Source: Tubulanus polymorphus
Lineage: Eukaryota; Animalia; Nemertea
DNA length: 64,000 bases
Assembly (NCBI RefSeq): GCF_964204645.1
Contig: NC_134025.1
Coordinates: 930,001-994,000 of the forward strand
Direction: 5' to 3'
Every line of letters starts with the position of its first letter. The first letter of the stretch is position 1. This document shows, in pieces, positions 38,005 to 64,000 of this stretch. Under the pieces are notes generated by a model. The model ran no database searches, was not told where the DNA came from, and saw nothing but the letters and a program-made list of their open reading frames with translations. The translations under genes were made by a program, and so were the position numbers.

Positions 38005-39005
38005 GCGTTAGATACATCTTCACCCATCAAGGGATTCGAACCCACTACGCTAAAGCTGTTCCCCGAACCCCTTGACCTCACGAGTCGTTGGAGTCGTTAC
38101 TAGCCGACCAGAATCCGGTCGTACCAATCACAGCGCTTGTAACAAACCGTCAGTAGACTTCTGTTGGTTTTCCCGTTAAATTGACCAATCAGCGAACGTT
38201 TTACCGAACAAGGAAGTATTTCGCAAATCGATATATGACGTCACGCGCAACAGCGCCAGTAATGAAATCACGCTTCGTGAGGCCAGGGGGCTGGTGGAAG
38301 CGAGTTCGGGAGTGATACCGGACCCCTGGCAAGCGAGGATGGTTAGATATAACGTGTCTCACTACCTTCACCCGTCAAGGGATTCGAACCCACTACGCTA
38401 AAGCCGTTACCCGAACCCCTTGACATCGCGAGTCGTTACTAGTTGAAGTAGAATCCGGTCGTACCAATCACAGCGCTTGTAACAAACGATATTAGGCTTC
38501 TGTTGGAATTCCCGATAAATGGACCAATCAGCGAACGTTTTACCGAACAAGGAAGTATTTCGCAAATCGATATATGATGTCACGCGCAACAGCGCCAGTA
38601 ATGAAATCACACTTCGTGAGGCCAGGGGGCTGGTGGAAGCGAGTTCGGGAGTGATACCGGACCCCTGGCAAGCGAGGATGGTTAGATATAACGTGTCTCA
38701 CTACCTTCACCCGTCAAGGGATTCGAACCCACTACGCTAAAGCCGTTACCCGAACCCCTTGACATCGCGAGTCGTTACTAGTTGAAGTAGAATCCGGTCG
38801 TACCAATCACAGCGCTTGTAACAAACGATATTAGGCTTCTGTTGGAATTCCCGATAAATGGACCAATCAGCGAACGTTTTGCAGAACAAGGAAGTATCTC
38901 GCAAGTCGATATATGACATCATGCGCCAGTAATGAAATCGCGCGTCGTACTGGTGGAAAAGCGAGTTCGGGAGCGATACCGGACCCCTGGCAAGCGAGGA
39001 TGAGT
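38005..39005. repeat. Tandem ~340-348 bp repeat, 3 copies
   Basis: gggattcgaacccactacgctaaagc at 38031, 38379 and 38718. Each unit has two CCAAT boxes, a CRE-like site and stem-loops. Confidence 0.92.
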
Positions 39006-40212
39006 TGATCAGATCCGACATCAGTATTTCTGATGCTCCTTGATTATCCGTTTTCTTCCGATGTGACGCCTCCGACGTTAGAGGAAAACGAGAACGATTT
39101 GCAATAAAAATGCGTTTATTTGTTACATGATTTTTGACGACGAAACAACATATTGTAATATGTATCATTACAAAGTGGACAAAACCTTCATTATACATAA
39201 CACCACAATTTAAAACTGTACACGAATAAATAATCATTGACGAGTTTGTTTTAAAGATTGCAACAACCTCTTGGCCTGGTGCAGTTAGTTCGTTCGAGTA
39301 ATAATTCAAACATATTTGACTATATACACAGTCTCATACATATACAATAGTCTCAGACAGTTCAAAGCTTCCTCGTTAAAAGTTTAAGCTTTCAGAAGTG
39401 AAAATCAGTAAGCGTTTCGGTTTCAACGTCTTCAAACTTCATGATAGATACGTGAAATTCAGAGTCAGTTAGAAATAAATCATATTATCTGGTATTTCAG
39501 GATCAAATTAGGGTCCCTGATATTTAAATTTAGTAGGTAAAAAGTAGGTACAAAGGAGATTAGGTAGGTATCATTCAATAAGTAAAACATCCAGTAAAAT
39601 TCATTAAAACACTAGTTTTACTTCAGACACTAATTATACAAAAATATACGATAAATTACTTTTGATTCACCTTGAAGTGATGACCTCATTATATATTTTG
39701 ATATATACAGCATATATTTGCATATCATTAATAAATTAATTACAAGATATCTATTCATATACATTATGAATACAATCACTTTAAATAATGAGTTGAAGTT
39801 TCTTACATAAACGTGAAGAGAATCATCTTCATTTTCAAGATGAAATAGACGTAAAATTGACGACACCAAGAGATAAAATCTAGATTTCTAATTTCCTTAT
39901 CTAATTCTTTATTTCGTAAAAGAATTATTAATCATTAAGTGTTTTTATTTTCATGATCTGAGAAAATGAAATAATAATCATCTATCCCTGAATTCAGAGG
40001 ACATTTTAAAGTTAAACTCAATAATCAGGAAGAAAGTATAAGTACCTTTGAATTGACGCGTTATGTAAGCTGCACATTAATTCTGACCATTTTCTTTCTA
40101 TTGTAACTAGAGTTTAATTTAGGTAATTATTTACACTTAACGTTTTCAGAAACTGAAATAACGCACAAGCTGAAAAAACAGGAACATCGAAAAGTCATTA
40201 CATATTTCAATA

Positions 40213-40399
40213 TACAGTCGATGTTCGTTATAACGCCAACCTTTACTCTCTTTACGCCTACATTTTTCTAAGAACAAATTTGTCCAATCTTATTCAAACT
40301 CAATGAAAATACCATTTTTCATAGTGCCGTTATAACGTTATAACGTTATTTTTTTCATCTATCATCCCACCAGTGGCATTCTAAAGGATTTCTACTGTA
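40213..40399. mobile_element. Tc1/mariner-pogo (Tigger-like) MITE
   Basis: TA|CAGTcgatgttcgttataacg...ttctACTG|TA termini. Confidence 0.65.
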
Positions 40400-40427
40400 T
40401 TTGACTGCCTCGATTCAGTGTTTTTTT

Positions 40428-54559
<14,132 letters not shown>

Positions 54560-54629
54560 TTTGTCCCGATATTACGAATTAGGATGGACAATCTAGAGAA
54601 CAAAGCGCATGTATTTCGGGTTGCTTCAA

Positions 54630-54770
54630 TCAAAACATGGCGGAGACGGCGGCGGCGGCGGCGGCTGCGGCAGCGGACAGTGTCGTCACAACTCTCCTCA
54701 CCTCTCACTGCAATAACGACATATAAAGCGTAGTGAGAGAGAGAGAGAGAGAGATTCCTCCCGTTCAATA
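54630..54770 (-). promoter_or_regulatory. Probable TSS / 5' UTR region of the disordered-protein gene
   Basis: GC-rich (GGC)n patch, YY1-like AACATGGCGG at 54634 and a (GA)n tract at 54734-54753, all just upstream of the ATG at 54559. Confidence 0.5.
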
Positions 54771-56277
54771 ATACACGGCGATTATGAAAACAGTGTAGAG
54801 AAGCGTGGTGCCAATGGCTTCACTATAATGTCATGCTAATAATGAGGCACGAGTATTGATCTCACAGCTGTCGTAGTCCTTCCAGTGTTGTCGTCGTTTT
54901 TATGATTGGACAGAGAAACAAAAGCATATAATATGGACCGGTTTAGTTCAATGGTGGATTTCTATCCATCGAGAACAAAGACGTCGCACTTCCGCTTTTA
55001 AATGGAATTTCAAGTTTAAGTGATGGTTACATATGTAAGTCGAGCCGCGGCTCTGGGAGTTTATCGGCCAAGCGCAAACAAGGATGTTTAAATATTTAAT
55101 GCTCATCTTCCTGAATAGAGCGTTAGAGCCAAATTGTTGTCGAAAAATGTTTCTTTCGTGATTCGGTAAAATTACTTATCTCGTTTAATAAAATCGTTGC
55201 AAATACCAATGATGTCGGCACCAGGATTTCCCAACAAGAGAAAAGCGCACGACCCGCAACACTGAATCGCGCGCACTTTTGCAACAGAGGCTTAGATATA
55301 GAGAACATAAGATAAATTTTCCCAATATAAACATAGTATACTTATCCTCATAAACTTTCAAAAGTCGAGAGTTTTCAAAAGAACGTGATCCATCACAGAC
55401 CAATCCTCCATCGGCAGGGATTCAAAACTGCCACTCCAGCTAAATAAATCAGTAGCACTGTCTAGGCTAAGATTTAAGACCGGACTACGACCAGCTGAGT
55501 TCTACAGCCAATCTCAAAACTTAGAGAGCAAGATTTAAGACCACATGAGGATGAGTCACAACTGTGCAGCTGACCCCTACAGCCGATCTATATAAAAAGA
55601 AGACCGTTAACCATGCACGGCACAGGTGGGGATAAGACAAGCGCCAATTTTTTAGGCGTGCTGCCTCCTCGTAGCCACAATTCGCCTAGATCCGAACTGT
55701 TGTGCTTTTTACGATAGGAGCTTTTTTTAAGATTCTAGATAATATTATCGTGTATATTCGTAGTAAAACGGTTTTGGATTCAGCATTGAATCTGATTCCG
55801 GAGTAGAGCGCGTCGTCGCATTTCCACCACCAGTATAACGTTCATTCCCGCTTCCAAAAGCCTCCGCAAAGTTATGAATAAACTTCTTGTGCTTCTACTC
55901 CTTTGCCAGCTGCTCGCACAGAACTTTTGAGGTCCTTGATTGATTCGAGCTCTCAGAAAATGAACGCAACAAACAAAGTACCTTCAATCAATCAATCTTT
56001 CACACATCAGAATATTAAGAAGTCCGTCTCTCGAGAGAGAGTGGCTACAGATACTTTAAGCGGGACGCGCTGTATGCAAATTGACCTATAGTGTATATGA
56101 ACCGGTCCAACAGTACGAAAATAATCAATATTTTGTTCGATGTCGTGAAGGATGATAGGATTAACATTGCAGTGACTGATGGGTTCGAATCCTGGTGGCG
56201 TCAGACTTTTTTGGTCAATAGTTTCTAATATTACTTTATCACTTTATCGTTTGTAACATACGAACTTCCAAGAATAG

Positions 56278-56560
56278 ATTGTAATCAGATTTCAAATCTG
56301 TTTTTACCTCAAGATACCCTTTTTGCGGGTTATGAATTGCCCTAACCAATCGGAGAGTGAATTAAGCGAATCGGGTCACACGTGACTGGTCAGCACGCTG
56401 ACCACTAGTACAAAGCTTCGAAAACAATCCCATCGGATCGGTGGCGCTTGGTCAACGCATTGTGTTCTGAATCCTCGGGAGCCGGGTTCGAATCTGGTCA
56501 GGTGCCTGAATTTTTTTGTTTCTCGATATTGCCTCGTGCGTTTCAGTGGTGGAATTTAGG
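56278..56560 (+). mobile_element. Repeat with internal tRNA-like segment (same family as 22330-22622)
   Basis: tcggtggcgcttggtcaacg...ccgggttcgaatctgg followed by a T run. It shares a leader (ttgtaatcaga...gactggtca...tgacca...gaaa(a)caa) with the 22.5-kb copy. Confidence 0.55.
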
Positions 56561-57649
56561 TAGCTACCCTCGATATGTCTGGCTACAGCATGTTTTGAAC
56601 AGATTCAAGAAAAAAACTCCATTAAATCGAATTGTTTCGGGTAATTAATCCTCGATTCAGTATCTGGATTCTAATAGAGAAAAAAACAAAGAGCCTTTTA
56701 AATCGATGTCGGGTGGTATGTCGAATATCGTGATGACATTAATCTGCGGATTTGCATGGTATCATTGCTGTAAAATCAATCGTCAGAAGACATTGAGGAA
56801 CGGTATCGGGCGCGCGCGCGCCTCTGTGTGTGACCCATACATACACAACAGTAAACACCGTCACAATCGGAAACCATAGAAACCATGAAGAAATGACACC
56901 ATCATGTTTTAATGGATCGACATCGAGTTTTTATGCACGCACAATGTATTAGATTTCAAACGACACGATATGTCGGCTTCGAGCAGCCAGTGAGATCATC
57001 TATAAGTTTTATACAGTCTTCAACTTGATAACACGTTGAAAACCGTACTGTAAGCTTCATATGGCGTCAACGAACTAGAAATTATTGACGAAAAGCGTTT
57101 CAAGGATGAGTAAGAGTGTCAAAATCAATTAAGACAAGTTGCAGCCCAATGTAGCAGTGTTTATATAACAAGCACAATGTTGAAGATAGACAACGAAAAA
57201 TTAGATAGACTAGCATTTCAGGTAGAATGTTCCTATACCCATTTTCAGAGATTTATTTGAAATCGATAGATTAGTTTGATATTTCTATATCAAATGTCTG
57301 GCCACTGATTAATAGAATTCTTGATTCAAATGTGTTTAATTCTGTAGCCAGACATTCGCTGAACGGAGCTCTACCTTAAATGTCGGAGTTTCACCAATTT
57401 ATCCAATTTATCATCGTCGGTCTTAGACGTAGACTTAGATCTAGATATAGGCATAGATATATAGATAAGATGACTGTAGTGAACTGATATAAATCTCATT
57501 ATAGTTAACGAATAAAAACCCACCGTAGATTTGTAGAAACAGTTCGTTTCCTGACAGTTTCCAGGTTATAACTAAACCTCATCTTCAGGAACAAAAAATC
57601 CAATAATGTTAGGAACTTTCTCTACAAATCTACTTTGGGTTTTTATTCG

Positions 57650-58457
57650 ATATAGATAAAGATATAGATAAAGATATAGATATAGATGTAGATGTAGATG
57701 TAGATGTAGATGTAGATGTAGATGTAGATGTAGATAGAGATGTAGATGTAGATGTAGATGTAGATGTAGATGTAGATATAGATGTAGATGTAGATGTAGA
57801 TGTAGATGTAGATAGAGATGTAGATAGAGATGTAGATAGAGATGTAGATGTAGATGTAGATATAGATGTAGATGTAGATGTAGATGTAGATAGAGATGTA
57901 GATGTAGATGTAGATGTAGATAGAGATGTAGATGTAGATGTAGATAGAGATGTAGATGTAGATGTAGATGTAGATGTAGATAGAGATGTAGATGTAGATG
58001 TAGATGTAGATGTAGATGTAGATAGAGATGTAGATGTAGATGTAGATGTAGATGTAGATGTAGATAGAGATGTAGATGTAGATGTAGATGTAGATAGAGA
58101 TGTAGATGTAGATAGAGATGTAGATGTAGATGTAGATGTAGATAGAGATGTAGATGTAGATGTAGATGTAGATAGAGATGTAGATGTAGATAGAGATGTA
58201 GATGTAGATGTAGATGTAGATAGAGATGTAGATGTACATGAAGATGTAGATGTAGATAAAGATGTAGATGTAGATGTAGATGTAGATATAGATGTAGATG
58301 TAGATGAAGATGTAGATGTAGATAGAGATGTAGATGTAGATGTAGATGTAGATGTAGATGTAGATAGAGATGTAGATGTAGATGTAGATGTAGATAGAGA
58401 TGTAGATGTAGATGTAGATAGAGATGCAGATGTAGATGTAGATAGAGATGTAGATAA
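57650..58457. repeat. (GATGTA)n hexamer microsatellite, ~800 bp
   Basis: Direct reading, with interspersed gataga variants. Confidence 0.97.
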
Positions 58458-58933
58458 ATGTAATCATCTTTCCGTTAACTAAAAATTATTTTCGATAGAA
58501 TTGTTTCTGCAGACAGAACCGCCACATTTGCAAGAAACCTTTGAAAATATTTTCGCTATTTCATCATTTGCATGCAGTTCATTCTTGTTACATTCCATTA
58601 TTGAGGTCTTGGGCCCCGGAGCTAATTTCGTAGGCTGACTTTGAACTTCTATACTCCTCTGACTCATTCTGTTAGCCCATATACACGTATTCCTAAAACC
58701 ATAATCGTTATAAGCTTTTAGTTGATTAAATTGCACTAGGTTACATGTTGTTTTAAAACGATAAAATACTACTATTTTCATCTATTGAATTTCGCCAGAC
58801 CATTTTATTGGTCAAGGTATAATGAATTTATGATTTGGATCAATACACGTGCATTTATAGAATAATATAGTTTTTACTGTAGTTTTTATATTGATGTAGA
58901 GACGCACGATTATTCAGTGATGTTAGGAAAATC

Positions 58934-59176
58934 CTCTCTCTCTCCCTCTCCCTCTCCCTCTCCCTCTCCCTCTCCCTCTCCCTCTCCCTCTCCCTCTCCC
59001 TCTCCCTCTCCCTCTCCCTCTCCCTCTCCCTCTCCCTCTCCCTCTCCCTCTCCCTCTCCCTCTCCCTCTCCCTCTCCCTCTCCCTCTCCCTCTCCCTCTC
59101 CCTCTCCCTCTCCCGCTCCCTCTCCCTCTCCCTCTCCCTCTCCCTGACCCTCTCCCTCTCCCTCTCCCTCTCCCTC
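58934..59176. repeat. (CCCTCT)n polypyrimidine microsatellite
   Basis: About 40 copies. Confidence 0.97.
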
Positions 59177-61119
59177 TTACAACCGGTACCGGTAGATTAT
59201 GCAAATGAGATGTTTTTTCATTAGACCATTACAAAGAAACTGACATGAAAAGGTTCGTAATGGAGACACTAAAACACACAAAGAATTTAATCTGTCTAAT
59301 CTGCACTGAACACGGTAACTATATGCCAGCATGTGAACGTTTTACTGTGACTGTGATACTGTCCTTATCGTCTATAGATCGGATGATATTATTTACTGGT
59401 GTCAGTGTCTGCTGTGTTGTGTGAATGTGCGTGAACTTGGGAGATAAATATTTTATGTCATTTATTTAGTTTGTTAGTGTTTTTACTCGTGAATTATGAC
59501 ACCCAGGATGGATATTACGCGCACTCCTGCAAACTGTATGACTGTCTGTGTGCGTCGGTGTAAACCCATTCACAAACATGGAAGATTCCCCTAAAAACGT
59601 CTTCTGATTCAATTTCTAAATTCTTTTAATTAGTTACGTTTTATAAACAGATAAAATATACGTCAATTCAACTGATAAAATCTTTGTTTTAGGATTAAAT
59701 GACTCACTTATTAAATGAATAATTAGTACTGATTTTGAAATAGTCATTGATGTGATCATACGAAGTGTAAATAATCATACACGAAATTTCGACTAAATTC
59801 ATCAAAATCTGTTGTGTTAATTAGTTCCACAGTGAAGTGAGCGGAACCCCTACTACACTGAGAACCTTTGGCCCTTCGACCGATGGATTTGTCCCGCGGA
59901 CGTACCGGGTCCTCACCCTCACCCGCTACACCGCCTGCCGAGGCGTTTTGCAGCAGATCACACCGATAGTCATCATCACCGTCGACGGTGTTTTGCACGG
60001 AATCCCCGAGTTCGAATCTCGGCGTGGAACCTGGTAACTTTTGATTTTGCAAACCCTTTTGCGCCATCTGTTACAAGACCTGTGAATTATCACAGAACAG
60101 ATATGAACATTCTGCGTTATCAACCTGAACTCAACACCGGTTCCTGAACTCATCTTCTGAAATAAGCTGACAATTTCCATTCAAAAAATCTCTATTAACC
60201 TATATATACATTGTATTGCAATTGGATTCAGGAAAACCCCAACATTCAAAGGAAAACTATCACAAACAGTCGATATGTTTGGAAAAGACTTGTAATATGA
60301 GTCGAAATGTCAAACTATTGCCATAATCTTCCTTTTGATTGTAGGTTTTTCTTCAATTCTAATTCCAGTTCATATCTATTCAAGCTGATATATATCTCTA
60401 AAAGCCAATATTCATCTAAGTATACATATAAGATAAGAATATAGAATAATTCTAGTTTTATTGTTTACGGATCATGGCATTTTCACATTGTGTGTATTAG
60501 ACCTGGATAGAATGTACTGAAATACCCCTAATATTCCTGATGCATTACAGGATAAAATCTTCTGTATCAATTACACGGTCGAAGAGAGACCGCAGTGAAT
60601 TTGATGATGTATCGTGCTATGTGATGATAATTAAACGCCTCGGGCGTAATTGGAATATATTTCACCTCACAGCAGTTCATTCTAAATCATAAAAATCGGC
60701 CATGATTCTAAACGATCGTCGGTGAGTTAGAGACAACGCCCTTAAAAATAATAACCATAGCCGCGTGATTTTTATTTATTCTCTAATGAATAATCGATAG
60801 AATTTAAATACGATAGGTAGAGTTGTGGCGCCGGGTATTTAGTTACCTCCATCTCTTACTTACTGATTTATGGATCATGTAACCGTTCTGAATATTGATG
60901 TTGACTTATAATAATTGATGATGATATCTTATTGATGAGGTTCTTAGTATCGATTTACCGATGTTAAAGGAAGATGTGATATCAGCCAGGTTTCCATTGT
61001 GAGATCAGTAGAATGCATGTTGGTATGTCAGAAGGTATTGAGTCGGAAGGGCAAGTGAGTAAAGTGGGAATGACCCGGATCTAGTCCCGCAGATCATCGC
61101 CTTTTATAAGAATTGGAAT

Positions 61120-61441
61120 ATACAGTCAGACCCCGATTTACCGCCCACATCGGTGCAGAACGATTTTAGCGGTATAGAGAGTATGGCGGTATATCGGGGG
61201 TGTTTTACTATGTATTTGTATAGGGATGTACATTGAGAAAACCTGGCGGTAGGCGAGGGTGGCGGTATATGGGAGGCCGGTATATCGGGGGGGGGGGCGG
61301 CGGTATATGGGAGGCCGGTATATCGGGGGGGGGACGGTGGTATTTGGGAGGCCGGTATATCGGGGGGACGGCGGTATATGGGAGGCCGGTATAACGGGGG
61401 GGGGGGGGCGGCGGTATATGGGAGGCCGGTATATCGGGGTT
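61120..61441. mobile_element. Tigger/pogo-like MITE with internal G-rich tandem repeats
   Basis: Left end TA|CAGTcagaccccgatttaccgcc, then repeats of ggcggtatatgggaggccggtatatcgggg. The right terminus is incomplete. Confidence 0.6.
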
Positions 61442-62899
61442 GTGAAACGCACTACTTCGTGCTCAAATCAATGTCTGGAGCGGACTTTCTGCGTCTCTTA
61501 ACTCGGCGGTATCCGATCGGTGAAATGCTGACCGCTTCAAAGTTGGTGAACAAGGATCAAGGATTGCTGAATATGACCCAAGATAGTCTGCGTATGGGGC
61601 TTCTCTTCTACTCGTTTTGGGCCGGGCTCTTCAACCACAGATCAGTGAACTCCTTGCAATATGCAATATAAACCAACTAAATGAAGAAACCCCACAATTC
61701 AAATTTCATACACGATAACAATGGTTTTATTTTGATAGATCATATCGTATATAATTCGAATTGTGGGATTTCTGCATTTATCTACAGTTTACACGGATTC
61801 GAGTGTTTTATTCAAATACTAATAAACTAACTGCATTATTCCAACATATCGCAATTATTTTTTTTTTTTTGGTATTTATTCAGAGATAACATCAAAATCA
61901 ATGATCACCAATAACAGTGTTTTACAATTAAACCATCTATCATCATAATAATTATTAATACTACTATTTTTTACTATCATATTTCCACCGATTCGGGTAA
62001 AACCCACCCGAAAATCTAAACTACGATTGAATTATAATACGAAATATTGGTCAAATAAAGATAAATAACGTGGTTAATCTTAAACAGTGACAAATAATGA
62101 AGTTCTAATACGTATTCTACAGGATCTGTCTCCTGGGCTGATCGAATGATTAATCTGTTGTTATTCGAGCTCGGTTGCACAAAGACGAATATTACATCTA
62201 CCTAAGTTCGATTCAATGCACTGAAAGGTTTACAAACATTTCACGATTTCGCTTAAATAAAAAATCCCGTGCATTTAAATCTATCGAAATGAAACCCCAA
62301 AGTTACAGCCATCATCAGGTCTTAACGAAACGTCTTGGTTTCATTTTAATAAATTTCAATCGCTTAAAATCTTATTATGGAACTTTTAATCTACAGCTGA
62401 CAAGCTGAGAATTTCAGTCTAGTGATGTGAATGATGTGAAACCAGATTCAAATACTTAAAATTAACAGAATCTTTTAACAATAAAACAATGGCGGAAAAA
62501 CGTAACGACTATCATAGAATTATTAGAAACAAATACATTTCAAATTGATTGATTGATTGTGCCTCGTCAAATAGATGAGGAAAACAAGAATTACATCACA
62601 TCATGAAGTTTAATACAAATATCCTTAAACTGATCGGTCTATTTCAGAATTAATTCATCTTAAAATGTAACAATAAACCCATTCAATATTGTATTAACTA
62701 CAACACGCAATGTATTGAGAATATAGAGAGAGATACATTCAATTATTAGGAATTTGGAGAAACACAATTTTAGTTTAAAGTTAGAAGTTGAAGGTTGAAA
62801 ATATAAAATTGGAAACTCAACAGAGCTTTCAATGCAAATCCATGGATCTTGATCACTGTTTGCACACGCTGCTTGCGAAGTACCATTGGATCAAAAACT

Positions 62900-63125
62900 C
62901 AGGATCCAATTCCACAGTTTGTTTAGATTTTACTTTTAGAGTTTACTCATTGAGAATTAACTACTAACTTTCACTCGGAGTTGACTCTAACTCACAACTG
63001 TGGAAATGGATCCTGAGCCCTTACCCTGGTGAACTGGATCCTGAGCCCTTACCCTGGTGAACTGGATCCTGAGCCCTTACGCTGGTGAACTGGATCCTGA
63101 GCCCTAACCCTGGCGAACTGGTTCC
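62900..63125. mobile_element. Palindromic MITE whose right end is expanded into a 28-bp minisatellite
   Basis: caggatccaattccacagtt...aactgtggaaatggatcctg, followed by ~4 copies of gaactggatcctgagcccttaccctggt. Confidence 0.7.
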
Positions 63126-63327
63126 CGGTGAGTATCAATAAAATTACATATTTTCAACGTTTAAAATCTAACTCTATTTGTATTATGTACACAGATGAAC
63201 TCATTTCAAACAATTGTAGGTAAATATTAATTAGCGGCTGCCACCTTAAAACAACAAACACTTTGTGAGGGACGATCATTAAAACATCCTCCATTCATAA
63301 TACAACACGTTTGCGTTTGATGAAATC

Positions 63328-64000
63328 CTATGATAAATAATTAGCGCGCATTGGTGTCTTTTTATGCCAGTCAGAATATTGTGCATCTCCTTTTCTGCGA
63401 CGAAAAGTCCAATTTTTATAACGGCTACTTTGGCTATTACTACCCGTATTATTAGAATTATGATCAGCATCGGTCGAGTCATCATCCTCCGAATATTCCA
63501 CCGTCTTTTCGGCCGCATTGTTTTTCTGTTTCATAATCGACGTTTCCGATCTATTTCTGACGTCACGTCCGGTGCTGGTCGTTGTGCCGTTAGAATTATT
63601 GGAAGTTCGTTTTTTACGCGGGGTTAATTTCGTTTCTGGAATGTTGCCGTTGTCGTCATGATGAAACATGTAACAGTCGTCTTGTAGAAGACAGTTAGAT
63701 TTATGCGAATCGATACGATTACTTTGATCATTGGCGCATTTTCGTTTAATGTTACAATCGGTTATATTTATACGACCGTTCACTGGTGGTGAAACTGTAG
63801 ACGCTGTCTTAACATCTTTCAATCGTTCAGATCTACAGTACAAGACTCGATCTGAATTTTTCTGTAGCACTGTTTTCCCGGAAATGCTGCGGAAATGATT
63901 GAATCCGGGTTGTCGTTTTACTGACGGCACTTTCACGGGTTTCACTTTATCGCTGAAAGGTTTTTGTTGTTTTTTATTTTCGGTATTGTCGAGTGATTCA
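63328..64000 (-). CDS. C-terminal exon of a gene entering from the right edge (low-complexity, basic; unknown product)
   Basis: The frame is open from the window end to the stop at 63328 (>220 codons). K/R/S/N-rich with NLS-like PRKKR and RRRK. Confidence 0.6.
   Translation of the reverse strand, partial: ESLDNTENKKQQKPFSDKVKPVKVPSVKRQPGFNHFRSISGKTVLQKNSDRVLYCRSERLKDVKTASTVSPPVNGRINITDCNIKRKCANDQSNRIDSHKSNCLLQDDCYMFHHDDNGNIPETKLTPRKKRTSNNSNGTTTSTGRDVRNRSETSIMKQKNNAAEKTVEYSEDDDSTDADHNSNNTGSNSQSSRYKNWTFRRRKGDAQYSDWHKKTPMRANYLS

Noticed and set aside
55686-55704. miR-100/miR-10-like string tagatccgaact
   Set aside because: The seed region does not match and there is no hairpin.
57643-59204. 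(IY)n, (SP)n and (RG)n ORFs
   Set aside because: These are translations of hexamer microsatellites.

Overview
AT-rich animal genomic DNA, probably an invertebrate (spiralian is my guess), with spliceosomal introns. There are no prokaryotic features. The first ~9 kb is a composite satellite of 66, 57/60, 150/153 and 159 bp monomers in an A-B-C-B-C-A layout. It is followed by an array of duplicated exon/intron-like units with no common ORF (9.6-11.3 kb). I reconstructed six protein-coding genes by hand from splice sites and exon phases: (1) a 16-exon HEAT/ARM-repeat protein (+, 13787-20106); (2) a secreted EGF/cbEGF/TSP1 protein with a Gla-type propeptide-like motif (-, 25002-21046); (3) a small VWA protein with a basic tail (+, 25987-27525); (4) a DEG/ENaC (ASIC-like) channel with a ~470-aa helical insertion in its knuckle and a GC-AG intron (+, 29451-34768); (5) an apolipoprotein L-like protein with ISRE and NF-kB sites upstream (-, 37613-36625); (6) a two-exon ~1200-aa disordered, probably nuclear protein (-, 54559-40428). 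The 3' end of a seventh gene enters at the right edge. Many MITEs, minisatellites, microsatellites and CTCF-like motifs are also present. The strongest novelty candidate is the DEG/ENaC insertion. All family assignments come from recognising motifs, not from database searches.
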